Positions 1-13,900 of a DNA stretch of 64,000 bases are shown here, piece by piece. How positions within the stretch are numbered: the first letter of the stretch is position 1; each line of letters starts with the position of its first letter. The position numbers and the translations under genes are program-made. The DNA is from Anaeramoeba ignava BMAN (taxonomy: Eukaryota; Protista; Anaeramoebae): contig JAPDFW010000070.1 of the NCBI GenBank assembly GCA_028826165.1, positions 1,116,001 to 1,180,000 on the forward strand, given 5' to 3'. The notes under the pieces are model-generated. The model was not told the origin of the DNA and made no database searches. It was given only the letters and a program-made list of their open reading frames with translations.

Positions 1-2415
1 GAGCAGCGGGAATGCAACGCTGAATATATGCGGCTCATTATCAGAAATTGGGACAAAAACGTTCTTGATGAATTTATTAAGGATGTTGACCAAGCCATAA
101 GTGATTCCTTAGCGGATGCAAGAGAGAAATCACGCCGCTCAGGAAGACTCTCTTTTTGGGAGTTCTCAAGACATTTCCCCTCACGATGCAAGGAAATGTT
201 CCTGCGTTTAGACCAAAAAACACGCGCTGCTGTCCTCGCTCAGAAACATACAGAGAACAACGAGCGTAACAAGTTGTTTTCGTTGATTGAGGCTTTCCAA
301 CCGCAAAAATCCTCGAAATCGGATCGCAACTCAAAAGATCATCTTAGATCACATTCTCTTGCACCCCCAAAAAATGCTAAAACAAAATCCGTTGGGGTCA
401 AGAAAACCCCGATGCAACGTGTTAAAAAATCCATTCGATTGCGAAAGGGACCGTTATCGGAATTTTCTCAAGGAGCAGCCCCATTGACAGAGGCGAATGT
501 CTCAAAACTCCACAAGTCCACAAAGAGTCGCGCGAAGATCCAGAGCGCAATTTCGCAAGTGTCAATCCGAAGCGGTAGCTCTTCCAACGCGCCGAAGGAT
601 CCACAGTCGCAGAAGGCGCAGGCGGAGCTGGAAAACATAGTGAAGCAAGCAAAATCGGATAAATCGAACACAAGCAGCAACGCGCTTCTTCAGCTTCTGG
701 AGATTGCCAAGCAGGAGGACCGTCCCGAACTCGTCGACAAAACATCATTCCGGAAATGTCTTTCTGGCGTCATCGCCTTGCTTTCTTCTCCTCAATCAAA
801 AATCCGTTTATTGTCGGTTAAAATCGTCCGCACTCTTGTTGATAATTACACATATAATTTCCAGAAATACCTGCAGTCAACCCTTGCCGCCCTCATACCA
901 ATCTTCGTCGATAAAAAGGACAATCTTCGCGACGAAGTTAGAGACCTATTCGATCTCGTCAGATCATGCTTCGGAAGTTCCGTTCTCATCCCCTCAATCG
1001 TCGCCGTTCTCGAAAAATCCCAGCAGTCTCTCCGCCCCACTATTCTAGACCTCATGCTCGTTGTTTTCCAGGAAGACACAGACAAGTTCTTCGACGATTC
1101 TGGCGCCGCAAAGTCCGTTATTTCAACTCTCAGACCTCTTGCAAAACTCTCAAATCTCGAGACAAAACGCAAGCTCAAAAAACTCGTCCAAATCATGGCT
1201 AAAAAAAACCCCACTGACTTAAACATTCAGATTTCTGCCCTTCCGCTTGATGAGCAGAAGCTCTTCTCTTCCTTTATCCGCGAGCGCACTTCCCCCACAA
1301 AGTCTGTTAAACGAGTCGCAAAGATAAAAACAAGCAAGTCCCCAAAAACACAAACTACTTCCTCTTTAAATCCCATTAAAAAAGAACCGACTCTCGCTCT
1401 TAAATCCACAAAATCATTCTCAAACAAAAAACCCTCTCAAAAATCCTCCCTCTCAAACCTCTCTGCTAAGTCTCTTGTCCCAAAGAAAAAAAGCCCCACT
1501 AACCAAACTGACTCACAAAAAAAAACACTTACTCAAAAACAATCCAAACTGACCCAATTGAAGAAAAAACCAACGGTCAAAAAACTGTCAAAAACAACAA
1601 GTAATTCCGTAAATGCAAAAAGTTCGTTAGGCTTGAAAAACCCGCAAAAAACGAAAAAGTCCCAAAAAAAGAAAAATTCCGAAACAACCCAAAATAACCA
1701 AAACGAGCAAGACCAAGAAAACAGCCAAGCGTTTATGGACGACGACATGGTCAACTCAATCAGCGCGCTTTTAATGGCTCTTACAGACTCATCCGCGCGC
1801 AAAGAATCGCTGCGCACATTGATCACATTCTCCGAAGAGCATATTGAACAGGTTTGGGACAAAACCTTTGCCGTTATAGTTTTCCATCTTTTGAACCTAT
1901 TTATAGACGAAGACAAAAGCCTCCAAGACGACATTCTCTCACTAACAAACAAGCTCGTCAAAAATCAATCCGAATACTTCAAACCATGCACAACAGAAAT
2001 CATCCGCAGGTTTCTCGAAGGCTGTTCGGCTCTCGACGAATCACGCTGCGTCTCAAATAATGAGTTCATCTACTCAATCATAGACGCCTTAGACCCCGTA
2101 ATGAGCGTCAAGGCTCTCATCCCCTTTCTTTCCCACGATGTCTTCCCTGTTATTTTCTCCGCCGTTTCTTTCCTCGCTAAATTCGTTCCCCTTCTTTCTT
2201 CTGATACCCTTAATGAAATGATGTCTTCTTTATTTCCTCCTTTGAAAAAACTTCTAACCGACAGCTCAAATCCAGAGATTCGTCGAGTTGTTATTTTTAC
2301 CTTTGTAGAGTTCTTCCGTGTTCTTGGAAAAGATTTCCAAGAGTTTCTTAAAAATTCTCTCGACCAAAAACACTTGCGTTTGATTCATTCTTATCTTACA
2401 AAAGATCGTAAATAA
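1..2415 (+). CDS. CLASP: CLIP-associating protein (CLASP/Stu1 family, TOG/HEAT), 5' end outside window
   Basis: The N-terminal segment ISDSLADAREKSRRSGRLSFWEFSRHFPSRCKEMFLRLD resembles the end of CLASP TOG2. It is followed by a basic Ser/Lys linker, a further HEAT array and a C-terminal CLIP-interaction-like domain (IRRVVIFTFVEFFRVLGKDFQEFLKNSLDQKHLRLIHSYL). The frame is open from base 1. Confidence 0.85.
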   Translation, partial: EQRECNAEYMRLIIRNWDKNVLDEFIKDVDQAISDSLADAREKSRRSGRLSFWEFSRHFPSRCKEMFLRLDQKTRAAVLAQKHTENNERNKLFSLIEAFQPQKSSKSDRNSKDHLRSHSLAPPKNAKTKSVGVKKTPMQRVKKSIRLRKGPLSEFSQGAAPLTEANVSKLHKSTKSRAKIQSAISQVSIRSGSSSNAPKDPQSQKAQAELENIVKQAKSDKSNTSSNALLQLLEIAKQEDRPELVDKTSFRKCLSGVIALLSSPQSKIRLLSVKIVRTLVDNYTYNFQKYLQSTLAALIPIFVDKKDNLRDEVRDLFDLVRSCFGSSVLIPSIVAVLEKSQQSLRPTILDLMLVVFQEDTDKFFDDSGAAKSVISTLRPLAKLSNLETKRKLKKLVQIMAKKNPTDLNIQISALPLDEQKLFSSFIRERTSPTKSVKRVAKIKTSKSPKTQTTSSLNPIKKEPTLALKSTKSFSNKKPSQKSSLSNLSAKSLVPKKKSPTNQTDSQKKTLTQKQSKLTQLKKKPTVKKLSKTTSNSVNAKSSLGLKNPQKTKKSQKKKNSETTQNNQNEQDQENSQAFMDDDMVNSISALLMALTDSSARKESLRTLITFSEEHIEQVWDKTFAVIVFHLLNLFIDEDKSLQDDILSLTNKLVKNQSEYFKPCTTEIIRRFLEGCSALDESRCVSNNEFIYSIIDALDPVMSVKALIPFLSHDVFPVIFSAVSFLAKFVPLLSSDTLNEMMSSLFPPLKKLLTDSSNPEIRRVVIFTFVEFFRVLGKDFQEFLKNSLDQKHLRLIHSYLTKDRK

Positions 2416-2661
2416 ATAAATAAATAAATAAAAAAAATAATAATAATAAAATAAAAAATTTTCCCGAAAAGCAAAAAAATTTTTTCTTTCTTTCTTTCTT
2501 TCTTTCTTTTTTTTTTTTTTGGAATTTCCTTTTATATTGTTTGTTTTGTGTGTTTCTTTGTTACAAAACACACAAAAAAAAATAATAAATTCTTTTTCTT
2601 TTTATTAATTTTCTTTTTTAAATTTTTAATTTCTTTTAAATTATTCTTCTTTTTTTTTTTT

Positions 2662-5600
2662 CTAATCAATTTGAGTATTTTCTTCTGTTGCAGATTTCCC
2701 AAATATTTTGCTCCAAAAAACAAAAACAATAAAAATCAAGAGTAATACAAATAACAAAATTAGTAAACAAAATTTAGTCCTATTTTTTAATCTAAATCTT
2801 GGTTGAATTGCTTTTTTGAAATTGCGACAAGTTACTATTGCTTTTTTCAATTCGTCCAAATTATATTGCACTAATTTGAATTCATTTTCCTTTTCTCTTT
2901 TTGGTTTATAAATCCCATTCATTATTTCTCTTGTAATTGTTTTAAAAGTTCGAACTATTTTTAGCAATTCAACTTTATCAATCTAAAAACAAATAAAAAT
3001 ATTAAAGTGAATAATTTTTATTTGTTTTTTTTTTCATTCAAAAAATTTTTTGTTACTTTATTTTGGATCTCTTTCCAATTCTTCATAATATATATTAATA
3101 ATTTTCTTGATTGAAGAATATTTATTGAATAACAATCCAACCATGTTTTATAGGCTTTTTTATCGTTTTCAATAATTTGAATCAAATACATAAAAATTCT
3201 CCACTTTTTTGATAAATTCAACAATAAAAGCAAGTTTTCAAAATATAATTGTGATGAGTTTCTATTTGAAAAGATTGATTTTTCTTCCAAATACGGAAGA
3301 CATCTTTCAAAACAATTTTCTGTTTTCACTAAAAAATCTATTTTTTTCTGATATGATTCGGGAGATTCAAGTGTAGAAGAAAGGACTATATATCGTTGTA
3401 TTTGAACTTGTTGTTTATGTGCATTTTCAATTACACGAAGGAAATTACAAAAATGTTCAGATGATATATTAAAATTTAAAGAAAATTTCAATGTTTCACT
3501 ATTAAATTAAAAATTAAAAATTAAAAATTAAAAATTAAAAATTAAAAATTAAATTAAAAATTTTTTTAATTTGCTTACTTTTTTAATTTAAGTATCATTT
3601 CAAGAATACTAACTAATTCAAATTTGGATTCTGGAGGAACAAAATTTTCTGAAATTATTGGGATTAAAAAATCAAGCCACACTAAATTATTAAATAAATT
3701 TAAATAAATAAATTTAAATAAATAAATTTAAATAAATAAATTTAAATAAATAAATTTAAATAAATAAATTTAAATAAATAAATTTAAATAAATAAATTTA
3801 AATAAATAAATTTAAATAAATAAATTTAAATAAATAAATTATTAAATAAATTTAAATAAATAAATTTAAATAAATAAATTTAAATAAATAAATTTAAATA
3901 AATAAAATAAATTTAATAAATAAATAAATTTAAATAAATAAATTATTAAATTATTAAATAAATTATTAAATAACAAACTTCTAATAAAATCTTCTGGATC
4001 ATTATTTCCAACTTGGTATAAAAACCAAGAAAGTTCTGAATATAAAGAAGAATTTTGTAAAACTGGTGATTTTTTTTTCTTTACAACAATAAATTTTTTC
4101 AAAATTGCATCTCCAATACTTCTACATATATATGGATGTGCTGAAAATATTAATTGGATAATCATTCTCTTTCCAAATCCTTCATTTATTTTATTTCCAT
4201 TTTCTATTATTTTTATTATTATTTTTATTATTATTTTTTATTATTATTTTTATTATTATTTTTATTATTATTTTTATTAATTACTATTTGGACCTTTAAC
4301 TATAAGTTTAGATACTAAATCAACTAAAATAATTTTAGATTGTTCGATTGGAATTGAAGCAAAAAAATTTTCAGTTTCAAATACTGTTTTTTTGTCAAGT
4401 AATGATTTTGGGTGTTCTATAATTGATAAAATATGATAAGTAATAATATAAATATTATAAATAATATAAATAATATAAATATTATAAATAATATAAATAA
4501 TATAAATATTATAAATAATATAAATAATATAAATATTATAAATAATATAAATATTATAAATAATATAAATAATATAAATATATAAAATAAATAAATAATA
4601 AATATTATAAATAATATAAATATTATAAATAATATAAATATTATAAATAATATAAATATTATAAATATTATAAATAATATAAATATTATAAATATTATAA
4701 ATAATATAAATATTATAAATATTATAAATATTATAAATATTATAAATATTATAAATAATATAAATAATATAAATAATATAAATATTATAAATATTATAAA
4801 TATTATAAATAATATAAATATTATAAATAATATAAATATTATAAATATAAATATTATAAATAATATAAATAATATAAATAATATAAATAATATAAATAAT
4901 ATAAATATTATAAATATTATAAATATTATAAATAATATAAATATTATAAATATTATAAATATTATAAATATTATAAATATTATAAATATTATAAATATTA
5001 TAAATATTATAAATATTATAAATATTATAAATAATATAAATAATATAAATAATATAAATATTATAAATATTATAAATATTATAAATATTATAAATATTAT
5101 AAATATTATAAATATTATAAATATTATAAATATTATAAATAATATAAATAATATAAATATTATAAATATTATAAATAATATAAATATTATAAATATTTTG
5201 TAAATAATATAAATAATATAAATATTAGAAAATATTATTATACTTGGTTGTATTTTTAAATGAGGATTTTCGTTGTTCTTAATTTGAATTTTTTTTTTTA
5301 ATTTTTTGAATCGTTCTTCAAAATATTTATCAATACTATCAATATTAGATCTATAATCATTACTGTTTTTGTTTTTTAAAATTTTCTTTAAAATCTCAAA
5401 CTCTGGTTCCTCTTTTCTATTATGTTTTTTGTGTTTTTTTTTCTTGAAATTTCCAAATTTAATTTTGAATTTTAAATTTAATTTTGATTTTTAAATTTAA
5501 TTTTGAAATTTAATTTTAATTTTAATTTGAATTTAATTTTAATTTTAATTTAATTTTAATTTTAATTTTAATTTAATTGTTTGAATTTTGTTTTGAATTT

Positions 5601-5948
5601 AATTTTAATTTTAAATTTAATTTTAAAATTTAATTTTAATTTAATTTTGAAATTTAATTTTAATTTGATTTTTAAATTTAATTTTGAAATTTAATTTTAA
5701 TTTTAATTTTAATTTTAATTTGAATTTTAATTTTAATTTTAATTTTAATTTTAATTTGAAATGGAATTTTAATTTTTTACAGGTTTTTGTTGTTTCATTT
5801 GTGGTAAATTTTTAGGCGGTTGTGTTTGAGATCGTTTAGCATTTTCTTGTCTTTTTATTACTGGTTTATTCTTATTTTTGTTTCTATCTCTTTTATTTGC
5901 TTGTTTTTTGTTTTGTTTTCGTTGTTGTTTTTTATTTGTATCTTGCAT
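2662..5948 (-). CDS. TMEM214: TMEM214-family protein, about 7 exons
   Basis: Spliced segments GFGKRMIIQLIFSAHP, LSWFLYQVG..FIRMWLDFLIPII, WLDCYSINILQSRKLLIYIMKNWKEI and KKAIVTC..FCLLILLFVLLLIFIVFVFW match TMEM214 motif order, ending in a TM helix. ATG at 5948, GT-AG introns, probable 1-nt frameshift near 3600. Confidence 0.7.
4440..5240. repeat. Intronic 9-mer satellite (ATAAATATT/ATAAATAAT) in TMEM214
   Basis: Direct reading; fills nearly the whole intron. Confidence 0.9.
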
Positions 5949-6079
5949 AATTAACAAATAAAGGAAAAAAAAAAGAAATTAAATGAAAAAAAATGAAAAA
6001 AAAAATTGAATAAAAAAAATTTTTTTCTCCTTTTTATTTTCATTTTTTTTTTCTTCTTTTTTTTTTCCTTTATTAAAAA
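5949..6079. promoter_or_regulatory. 131-bp bidirectional promoter (TMEM214/ALYREF) with TCATTT on each strand
   Basis: Divergent ATGs at 5948 and 6080. AAATGA at about 5981 and 5991 (minus-strand TCATTT), and TCATTT at 6040. Confidence 0.5.
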
Positions 6080-7788
6080 ATGCAACGTTCTTTTAAAAAT
6101 CGAAGAAATTCAAATTTTAATCGATCTAGACCTTTAAATTCAATGAGAGAAGATCGTCCTCAAAGATATTCACGTAGAGATGGTAGAAATCGTGCATTTA
6201 GAAATAATAGATTTCCTTATAGTGTATTTTTTATCATCAAAATAAGCACTTCTTTTATTAGATAAAAAAAAATATAATTACATTTACAAAGTTTATCTCA
6301 ACCGTTCTCTTTCCTCATTAATTCTTCACAAAATTATCAGCGATTTCAATTTTAATTCCAAATTTCAAATTCAATTTTAATTTTAATTTTAATTTCAATT
6401 TTAATTTCAATTTCAATTTCAATTTCAAATTTCAAATTCAATTTTAAATTCAATTTTAAATTCAATTTTAAATTCAATTTTAATTTCAATTTTAATTTCA
6501 ATTTTAAATTCAATTTTAATTTCAATTTTAATTTTAAATTCAATTTTAAATTCAATTTTAAATTCAATTTTAATTTCAATTTTAATTTCAATTTTCAAAT
6601 TCAATTTTAATTTCAATTTCAATTCAAAATTCAATTTTAATTTCAATTTCAAAATTCAAATTCAATTTCAATTTTAATTTCAATTTCAATTTTAATTTCA
6701 ATTTTAATTTCAATTTTAATTCCAAATTCAATTTCAAATTTAATTTAAAATCCAATTCCAATTTTAATTTTAAATTCAATTTCAATTTCAATTTTAATTT
6801 AAAATTCAAATTCAAATTCAAATTTAATTTAAAATTCAATTTCAATTTTAATTTAAAATTCAAATTCAATTTTAATTTTAATTTTAATTTCAATTTCAAT
6901 TTTAATTTTAATTTTAATTTTAAATTTTAATTTTAATTTTAATTTTAATTTAATTTTAATTTCAATTTCAATTTTAATTTAAAATTCAAAATTCAAAATT
7001 TAAAATTCAAAATTCAAAATTCAAAATTTAATTTCAAATTCAATTCAAAAATTCAAAATTCAATTCAAAATCCAAAATTTAAAATCCAAAATTCAAAATT
7101 TAAAATTCAAAATCCAAAATTTAAAATTCAAAATTTAAAATTCCCAAAAAAGCGAAACAGAAGAAAATTTAATAATCTTCAGGAAAGAGATAACTATTAT
7201 ATTTGGATTTATAATCTCGACTACGAAGTAGATGAAGAAGATCTAAAAACAATATTCAGTGAATTTGGAGGGATCAATAGCATTGAAATAAAATATGATT
7301 TATCAGGAAGATCAGAAGGATCAGCCAAAATAGCATTTCAAACTATTGAAGAAGCAGAAAAAGCAGTGAATGAATGGAACGGAAAATTATATGAAGGAAA
7401 ACCAATGAAAGTCGAAATTATGGGAAAAAAAAAAATTAAAGATAGAATTAGAAGATCTGATGGTGATTGGAAAGATGATCGCAAAGAAACTTGGAATCGA
7501 ACAAAATATGAAGAAAAATACTCTCAAAAAAGAAATTCAAATCGCGATCCAAAAATTAATGATAGAGTCGTTACTTCAGAAACAAATGATATTTTAATAA
7601 CTGTTGATACTTCTAAAAGATTTGATAATAAATCTTATCGTTCTGAAAATTCTTCTTTTAAAAGAAATGACAGTTTTTCTTCAAATCAAAATTTTAGAAG
7701 AAAAAATTACCATGAACAAGATTCTGAAAATTTGGAAAAACGTCTTGATAATGAACTTAATGAATATTTTAATGAAAGAAATGATTGA
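6080..7788 (+). CDS. ALYREF: ALYREF/THOC4/Yra1-like mRNA export adaptor (RRM)
   Basis: Exons 6080-6223 and 7153-7788, phase 0. Arg-rich N-terminus, RRM IWIYNLDYEVDEEDLKTIFSEFG..IKYDLSGRSEGSAKIAF..NGKLYEGKPMKVEI, and a C-terminal UAP56-binding-like LDNELNEYF. Confidence 0.8.
6345..7140. repeat. Intronic hexamer satellite (TTTCAA/TTTTAA, then AAAATTC) in ALYREF
   Basis: Direct reading. Confidence 0.9.
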
Positions 7789-7908
7789 TTGATTTTTTTT
7801 CCAATTTTTTTAAAATTTTTTTACAATTTTTTAAAATTTCATTTTTTTTTTTCTTTTCAAAAAAATTTAATAAAAAATTAATTAAAAATTAAAAATTAAT
7901 TAATTAAA

Positions 7909-10900
7909 ATGTCTACAAAAATTATTGATATTTATCCTCTTAATCTAGACCAAATAATTCAACTTGAAATTAATCCAAAATCTTCAATTATTCAAATTAA
8001 AAAATTAATTTATTTAAAAATTTCTCTTTCAAAAGAAGAAAATAAAAAAATTATTTCTCGAACAAAATTAATTTTTAATTCTCAAGATCTTCGAAATAAT
8101 TCAAATTTATTAAATTATTCATTTTGGGATTCTTCAAACTTTTTAATTTACATTCACACAGATTTAAACCAATTAGATTTTATTAACGAAAAGGAAAATT
8201 TAATTTCAATTCAAAGTAATAATAATAGTAATAATAATAATTAATTTTTTTTTTGAATTAATTTTGCTTTTTGTTTTCAATTTGTAAAGTTGATAAATTA
8301 ATTAAGGGAAAAAAACAACTTTCTTTGAACAAAATTGATATTGCTTATTTATCTTATTTAAACTATATTTATCAAAATAATAAAAATAATCTTACACAAA
8401 AACAATTTTCAAAAGAAATGAAACAAAGCGCTACTTATGTTCTTGACAATTTACAGAAACTAAAAAGTTTAAGAATAAAATCTATAAAATTTACTAATAA
8501 CGATAATTATATATTTTCTCTATCAGAATTATTTCCAAATCTTCAAGAATTAAGTCTTGAAGAAACTCATCTTTCATCTCTTCAAGACAAAGATTTAAAA
8601 ACAAATAAAACTAATTTGTCAAAAATTGAAATTAGAAATTGTTTTTGTTCATTATCTGAAATTACAAATGATTTAAATATAAATTGGGATAAAATTTATC
8701 AAATATCTTGGATAGACAAGCACGATTTAAATCAAATCAATCAATCAAATCAAAAAATGGAAAAATTTGAAAAAATTCATTTTATTCAATGCAATAACTT
8801 AAAAACTCTTAAAGTCAATTTTAATAAACTTTCATTCATTCAGAGTATTCCAGATCAATTTTCACAAATAACTGAATTGAATTTAAGTAATTGTAACTTA
8901 GATTCATTGATTGATTTTTCTAATCTTAAGTTACTTCAGAAATTGGACATCTCAAATAATTATATTAGAGATGTTTCAAATTTACAACCATTAAAAAATT
9001 TTACCAATTTAACTCATTTACAAATTCAAAGCAATCCATTCACACTAAACTCCTTAAAAATGTTTCAATTTTACTCAATTTTTAATATTGATATATTAGA
9101 AAAACTTTATATTAATGGGGAAATATTAGGTTCATCTGTGATAAAAAAAGTGAAATTATCCCAAATTAGAAATTCAAACCAAAAAAAGTGTTTAGATGTT
9201 TTTGATAAAATAAAAATAGAAAATTTAATTGATAATATTCATAAAAAGAAGCAAAATAAAATCATTAAAATATTAAGAATCGATGGAAATGAAAATGAAA
9301 ATCAAATTCAAAATAAAATCATTAAAATATTAAGAATCGATGGAAATGAAAATGAAAATGAAAATCAAAATGAAAATCAAAATCAAAATCAAAATCAAAA
9401 TCAAAATCAAAATCAAAATCAAAATCAAATTGAAAATCAAAATCAAAATGAAAATGAAAATGAAATTCAAAAATATTTTAAGTTTGGAAAAAAACAATAT
9501 ATCCAATCTTTTGACCAATTCTTTAACACAATCAGGAAAAAAATAAAAAATTTACGTAAATCATCAAGAAAAAAATGGATTATATTATGGAATTATGAAT
9601 TGGAACAAATTCAGAATAGTATTCATTTCAAATATCAAACCCCAAAAGACCAAAAACCAATATCAGAATTTCCTGAACTGACTTCAGAAGAAGAAAAACA
9701 AATTAATGAAATTTTGGAGCAAATTGAAAACAAAATTAATAGTCTTTCCTCTTTAAATTATCAAGATTATGAAGAGTATTTCTCATTTCAATTATTTAAT
9801 CATCCTCCAACTTTTGAATTTATGGTTAGATCATTTGATTCCCAAAAAAAATCTAAAGAAAAACATCTTTTATTATCACTCGATCTAAACAAAATCACAT
9901 TATTCAAACCTATTAATCAAAAATTTATCAAATATTTTCAATTATCAAATTTAATTCAATATGATTTTTATCCTCAAAATGATAATTCTGTTGTTTCCTT
10001 GAAATTTCAAAACCAATTAACAAATACTTACGATTTTCTTAACATTTTAATTGATAATGAATTTTTCGATATTTTCAAAAATAATTTAATATCATATTCT
10101 GCAGTTTGCAAAAATCAATATGAACAAGAAGAACAAGAACATAATACATTTACATTAATAAATCAAATATCTCTATCAAAAAGTAGCTCAGCTCCTTCTC
10201 TTAATAAAAATAATGAACATCCTCAAAAAAAAACCAGTTCTCGTACATCTTCTTTGAAAACTGAAAATTCATGTGAAGAATTAAACTCTCAATTTTTTCC
10301 AAATAATCTTGATTCAGATTTAAATTCAAATTTAAAAAAAAATCAACTTCATTCTCCAAAATTTTCATCTCCATTAAATGAAAATTCTATAGATTTGGGT
10401 TTTTATCCTAAAATTAAATCGCAATCAATAGAAAATTATACAGATTTAGCAAAAAAACAAAGTAATATTTCATCATTTTCGTTTTGAAATTTATATCCAA
10501 TTTTTTTTAATTTTTATAATTTTTTAGATAATTTCTCCAAATTTAATCAAACTTTAAGCATTCCTAATAAAAATATGAAAAAACAACTTTCATTATTTGA
10601 ACCATCAACATTTACAAAACTAGATAACAGAAGAACTTATAGTTTAGATTTTGATTTTCAACCCAAAAAACAAACAAACTCAACATTTGAAAAAAATCCT
10701 GATTTTATTTCTGAAACTGAAAATAATTCCAAAACAAAATTTAAGACACATTCATTAACACATTCATTAACAAATTCATTAAGTGATTTAGATTATTTAA
10801 ATAGTGATGGCTCAGAATCTGAAAATAACTCATTCAATATTATTTCCACAAGTACAAGTAACTCAAACCAAAATACATTTCCTCAAATATTTGAAGCAGA

Positions 10901-13900
10901 AAAAATTCAATATGATATTGAAGATAATTCGAAAGAAAATGATTTGAAAAGAAGTTTTTCTCTTTATTCTTTTTCACCATTAAACGAAAAAAAGGAATAT
11001 AATATATCTCCTATAATCACTTCTAAACCTGTGATTGATGATGAATTTTATCATATGTTCTTTCTATATATGTTTTTGAAACAAAAAATTGATCAAAAAA
11101 TTGAAAATGAAATTGAGCATGAAATTCAAGATCAAGTTATAAAATTATCAAAAAAAATAAGGAAATGGAAATGGAAAATGAAATTGAAATGATGATTAAA
11201 GAAAAAGTTGAACCATTAAGCAATATTACATTTAGTCTTGAGGATATAAATAATATTTTGGATGAAATTGAAATTGTTGAAAGTGATATTGAAAGTGATA
11301 TTGATGAAAAAATTGAAATTGAAAATTTATCAAAAGAAGAAATTGATCAAAAAATTGAAGAACAAATTCAAAAAGAAATTCAAAAAGAACTTAAAAAATT
11401 ATCAAAAAAAAATAAGGAAATGGAAAATGAAAATGAAAATCAAATTGAAATTGAAATTGAAATGATGATTAAAGAAAAACTTAAATCATTAAGCAATATT
11501 AAATTTAATATTGAGGATATAAATAGTATTTTGAATGAAAATGAAAATGAAAATAAAAATAAAAATGAAAATAAAAATAAAAATAAAAATGAAAATAAAA
11601 ATGAAAATGATATTGATGAAAAAATTGAAATTGAAAATTTATCAAAAGAAGAAATTGATCAAAAAATTGAAAATGAAATCCAAACAGAAATTCAAATAGA
11701 ACTTAAAAAATTATTACAAAATGATGAAGATATTAAAAATGAAATTGAAATGATGATTAAAGAAAAAGTAAACTCTTTAATCAATATTAAATTTAGTATT
11801 GATGATATAAATAATATTTTGGATGAAATCCAAATTGAAAATGAAAATGAAAATGAAAATCGAAAATGAAAATCAAAATGAAAATCAAATTGAAAATAAA
11901 AATGAAAATGAAATTGAAAATCAAAATCAAAATCAAAATCAAAATCAAAATCAAAATCAGAATGAAAATGAAATTGAGAATGAAAATGAAATTGAAAATG
12001 AAAATCAAATTGAAAATCAAATTGAAAATCAAATTGAAAATCAAATTGAAATTGAAAATGAAAATCAAGTAGAAAAACAAATAGAAATTAAAAATCAAAA
12101 TCAATATCAATTTAAAAATCAATATAAAAATGAATATCTATTAGAAATTGAAAAGGAATTAGAAAATCAATTAGAAATTACAAAAGAATTAGAAAATGAA
12201 AATGGATATCAAAATCAAAATCAATATCAATATCAAAATCAAAATCAAAATGAGATTCAAATTGAAAATCAATATCAATATCAATATCAAAATCAAAATC
12301 AATATCAAAATCAATATCAATAAGAAAATCAAAATGAAATTGAAATTGAATTAGAAAATGAAAATGAAATTGAAAATAAAAATGAAAATCAAATTGAATA
12401 TAAAATTGAAAATAAAAATCAAATTGAAAATGAAATTGAATATAAAATTGAAAATCAAAATCAAATTGAATATAAAATTGAAAATCAAATTGAAAATCAA
12501 AATCAAAATCAAAATCAAAATCAAATTGAAATTCAAATTGAAAATCAAAATCAAAATCAAAATGAAAATCAAAATGAAATTGAAAATCAAAACCAAAATC
12601 AAAATCAAATTCAAAATGAAATTGAAAATGAATATAAAATTGAAAATGAAAATCAAAATGAAAATCAAAATCAAAATCAAAATCAAAATCAAAATCAAAA
12701 TCAAAATCAAAATGAAAATCAAAATCAAAATCAAATTGAAAATCAAAATCAAAATCAAAATCAAAATGAAATTGAATATAAAATTGAAAATGAAAATGAA
12801 ATTGAATATAAAATTGAAAATCAAAATCAAATTGAAAATCAAAATCAAAATCAAAATCAAAATGAAAATCAAAATCAAAATGAAAATCAAAATCAAAATC
12901 AAATTGAAAATCAAAATCAAAATCAAAATGAAAATGAAAATGAAAATGAAATTGAATATAAAATTGAAAATCAAAATCAAAATCAAAATCAAAATCAAAA
13001 TCAAAATCAAAATCAAAATCAAAATCAAAATCAAAATGAAATTGAAAATCAAAATGAAATTGAAATTGAAAATGAATTAGAAAATCAAAATCAAAATCAA
13101 AATCAAAATCAAAATCAAAATTGAAAATCAAAATGAAATTGAAATTGAAAATGAATTAGAAAATGAATACAAAAATCAAAATCAAAATCAAATTGAAAAT
13201 CAAAATCAAATTGAAAATCAAAATCAAATTGAAAATCAAAATCAAATTGAAAATCAAATCAAAAAAGAATTAGAAAATAGAATTCAAATTAAAAAAGAAT
13301 TAGAAATTGAAAATGAAATTGAAAAAGAATTAGAAAAAGAAAAAGAAATCCAAAATAATTTTATTCAAAAATTTTATACTTTTATTCAAAATAGAAATCT
13401 GATAGAAAATGGACAAAACACACTCGAAATTATCCCTATATCAATAATTCAATTATATTTATCAAAAATTGAAGAGGTTGATAAAGTACTTATTTTTACC
13501 AAAAAGAATATATATTTTTATCCATCAAATTTAATTGATTCACAGAATACATCACAAATAATTACAAAAAAGAACAAAAATCTGAAGGAAATAACAATAG
13601 GATATAATAAACAATATGTTTTAATGTGGTTTGGAAAAAAAGAATGTTATATATTATTAACAAGAGGAAAAACAAAAACAGATTTCTTAATCCAAAAATT
13701 ACAAAATATGATGGAAAGCAAAATTATTAAACAAATTCAATTTTCTATTTTTAATACAATGATTCCTGATTTATTTTGCAATTCAATTAGAAATACAGAA
13801 CAAAAATTAGAAAAGTATAACATTTCACATGGAACAGAATTTCTTGAAATCGATCAAGATCTAGTTCCAATACAATATTTACTTGTGAAAAGAATAGTTA

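Noticed and set aside
77-2060. Short alternative-frame and antisense ORFs within CLASP and other long exons
   Set aside because: Expected shadow ORFs in GC-richer exons with no recognisable motifs.
6352-6899. [12 protein letters not shown]-type ORFs here and at 12178-13131, 21888-22583, 39251-39679 and 50274-52072
   Set aside because: These are stop-free translations of hexamer microsatellites, mostly intronic or antisense, not proteins.
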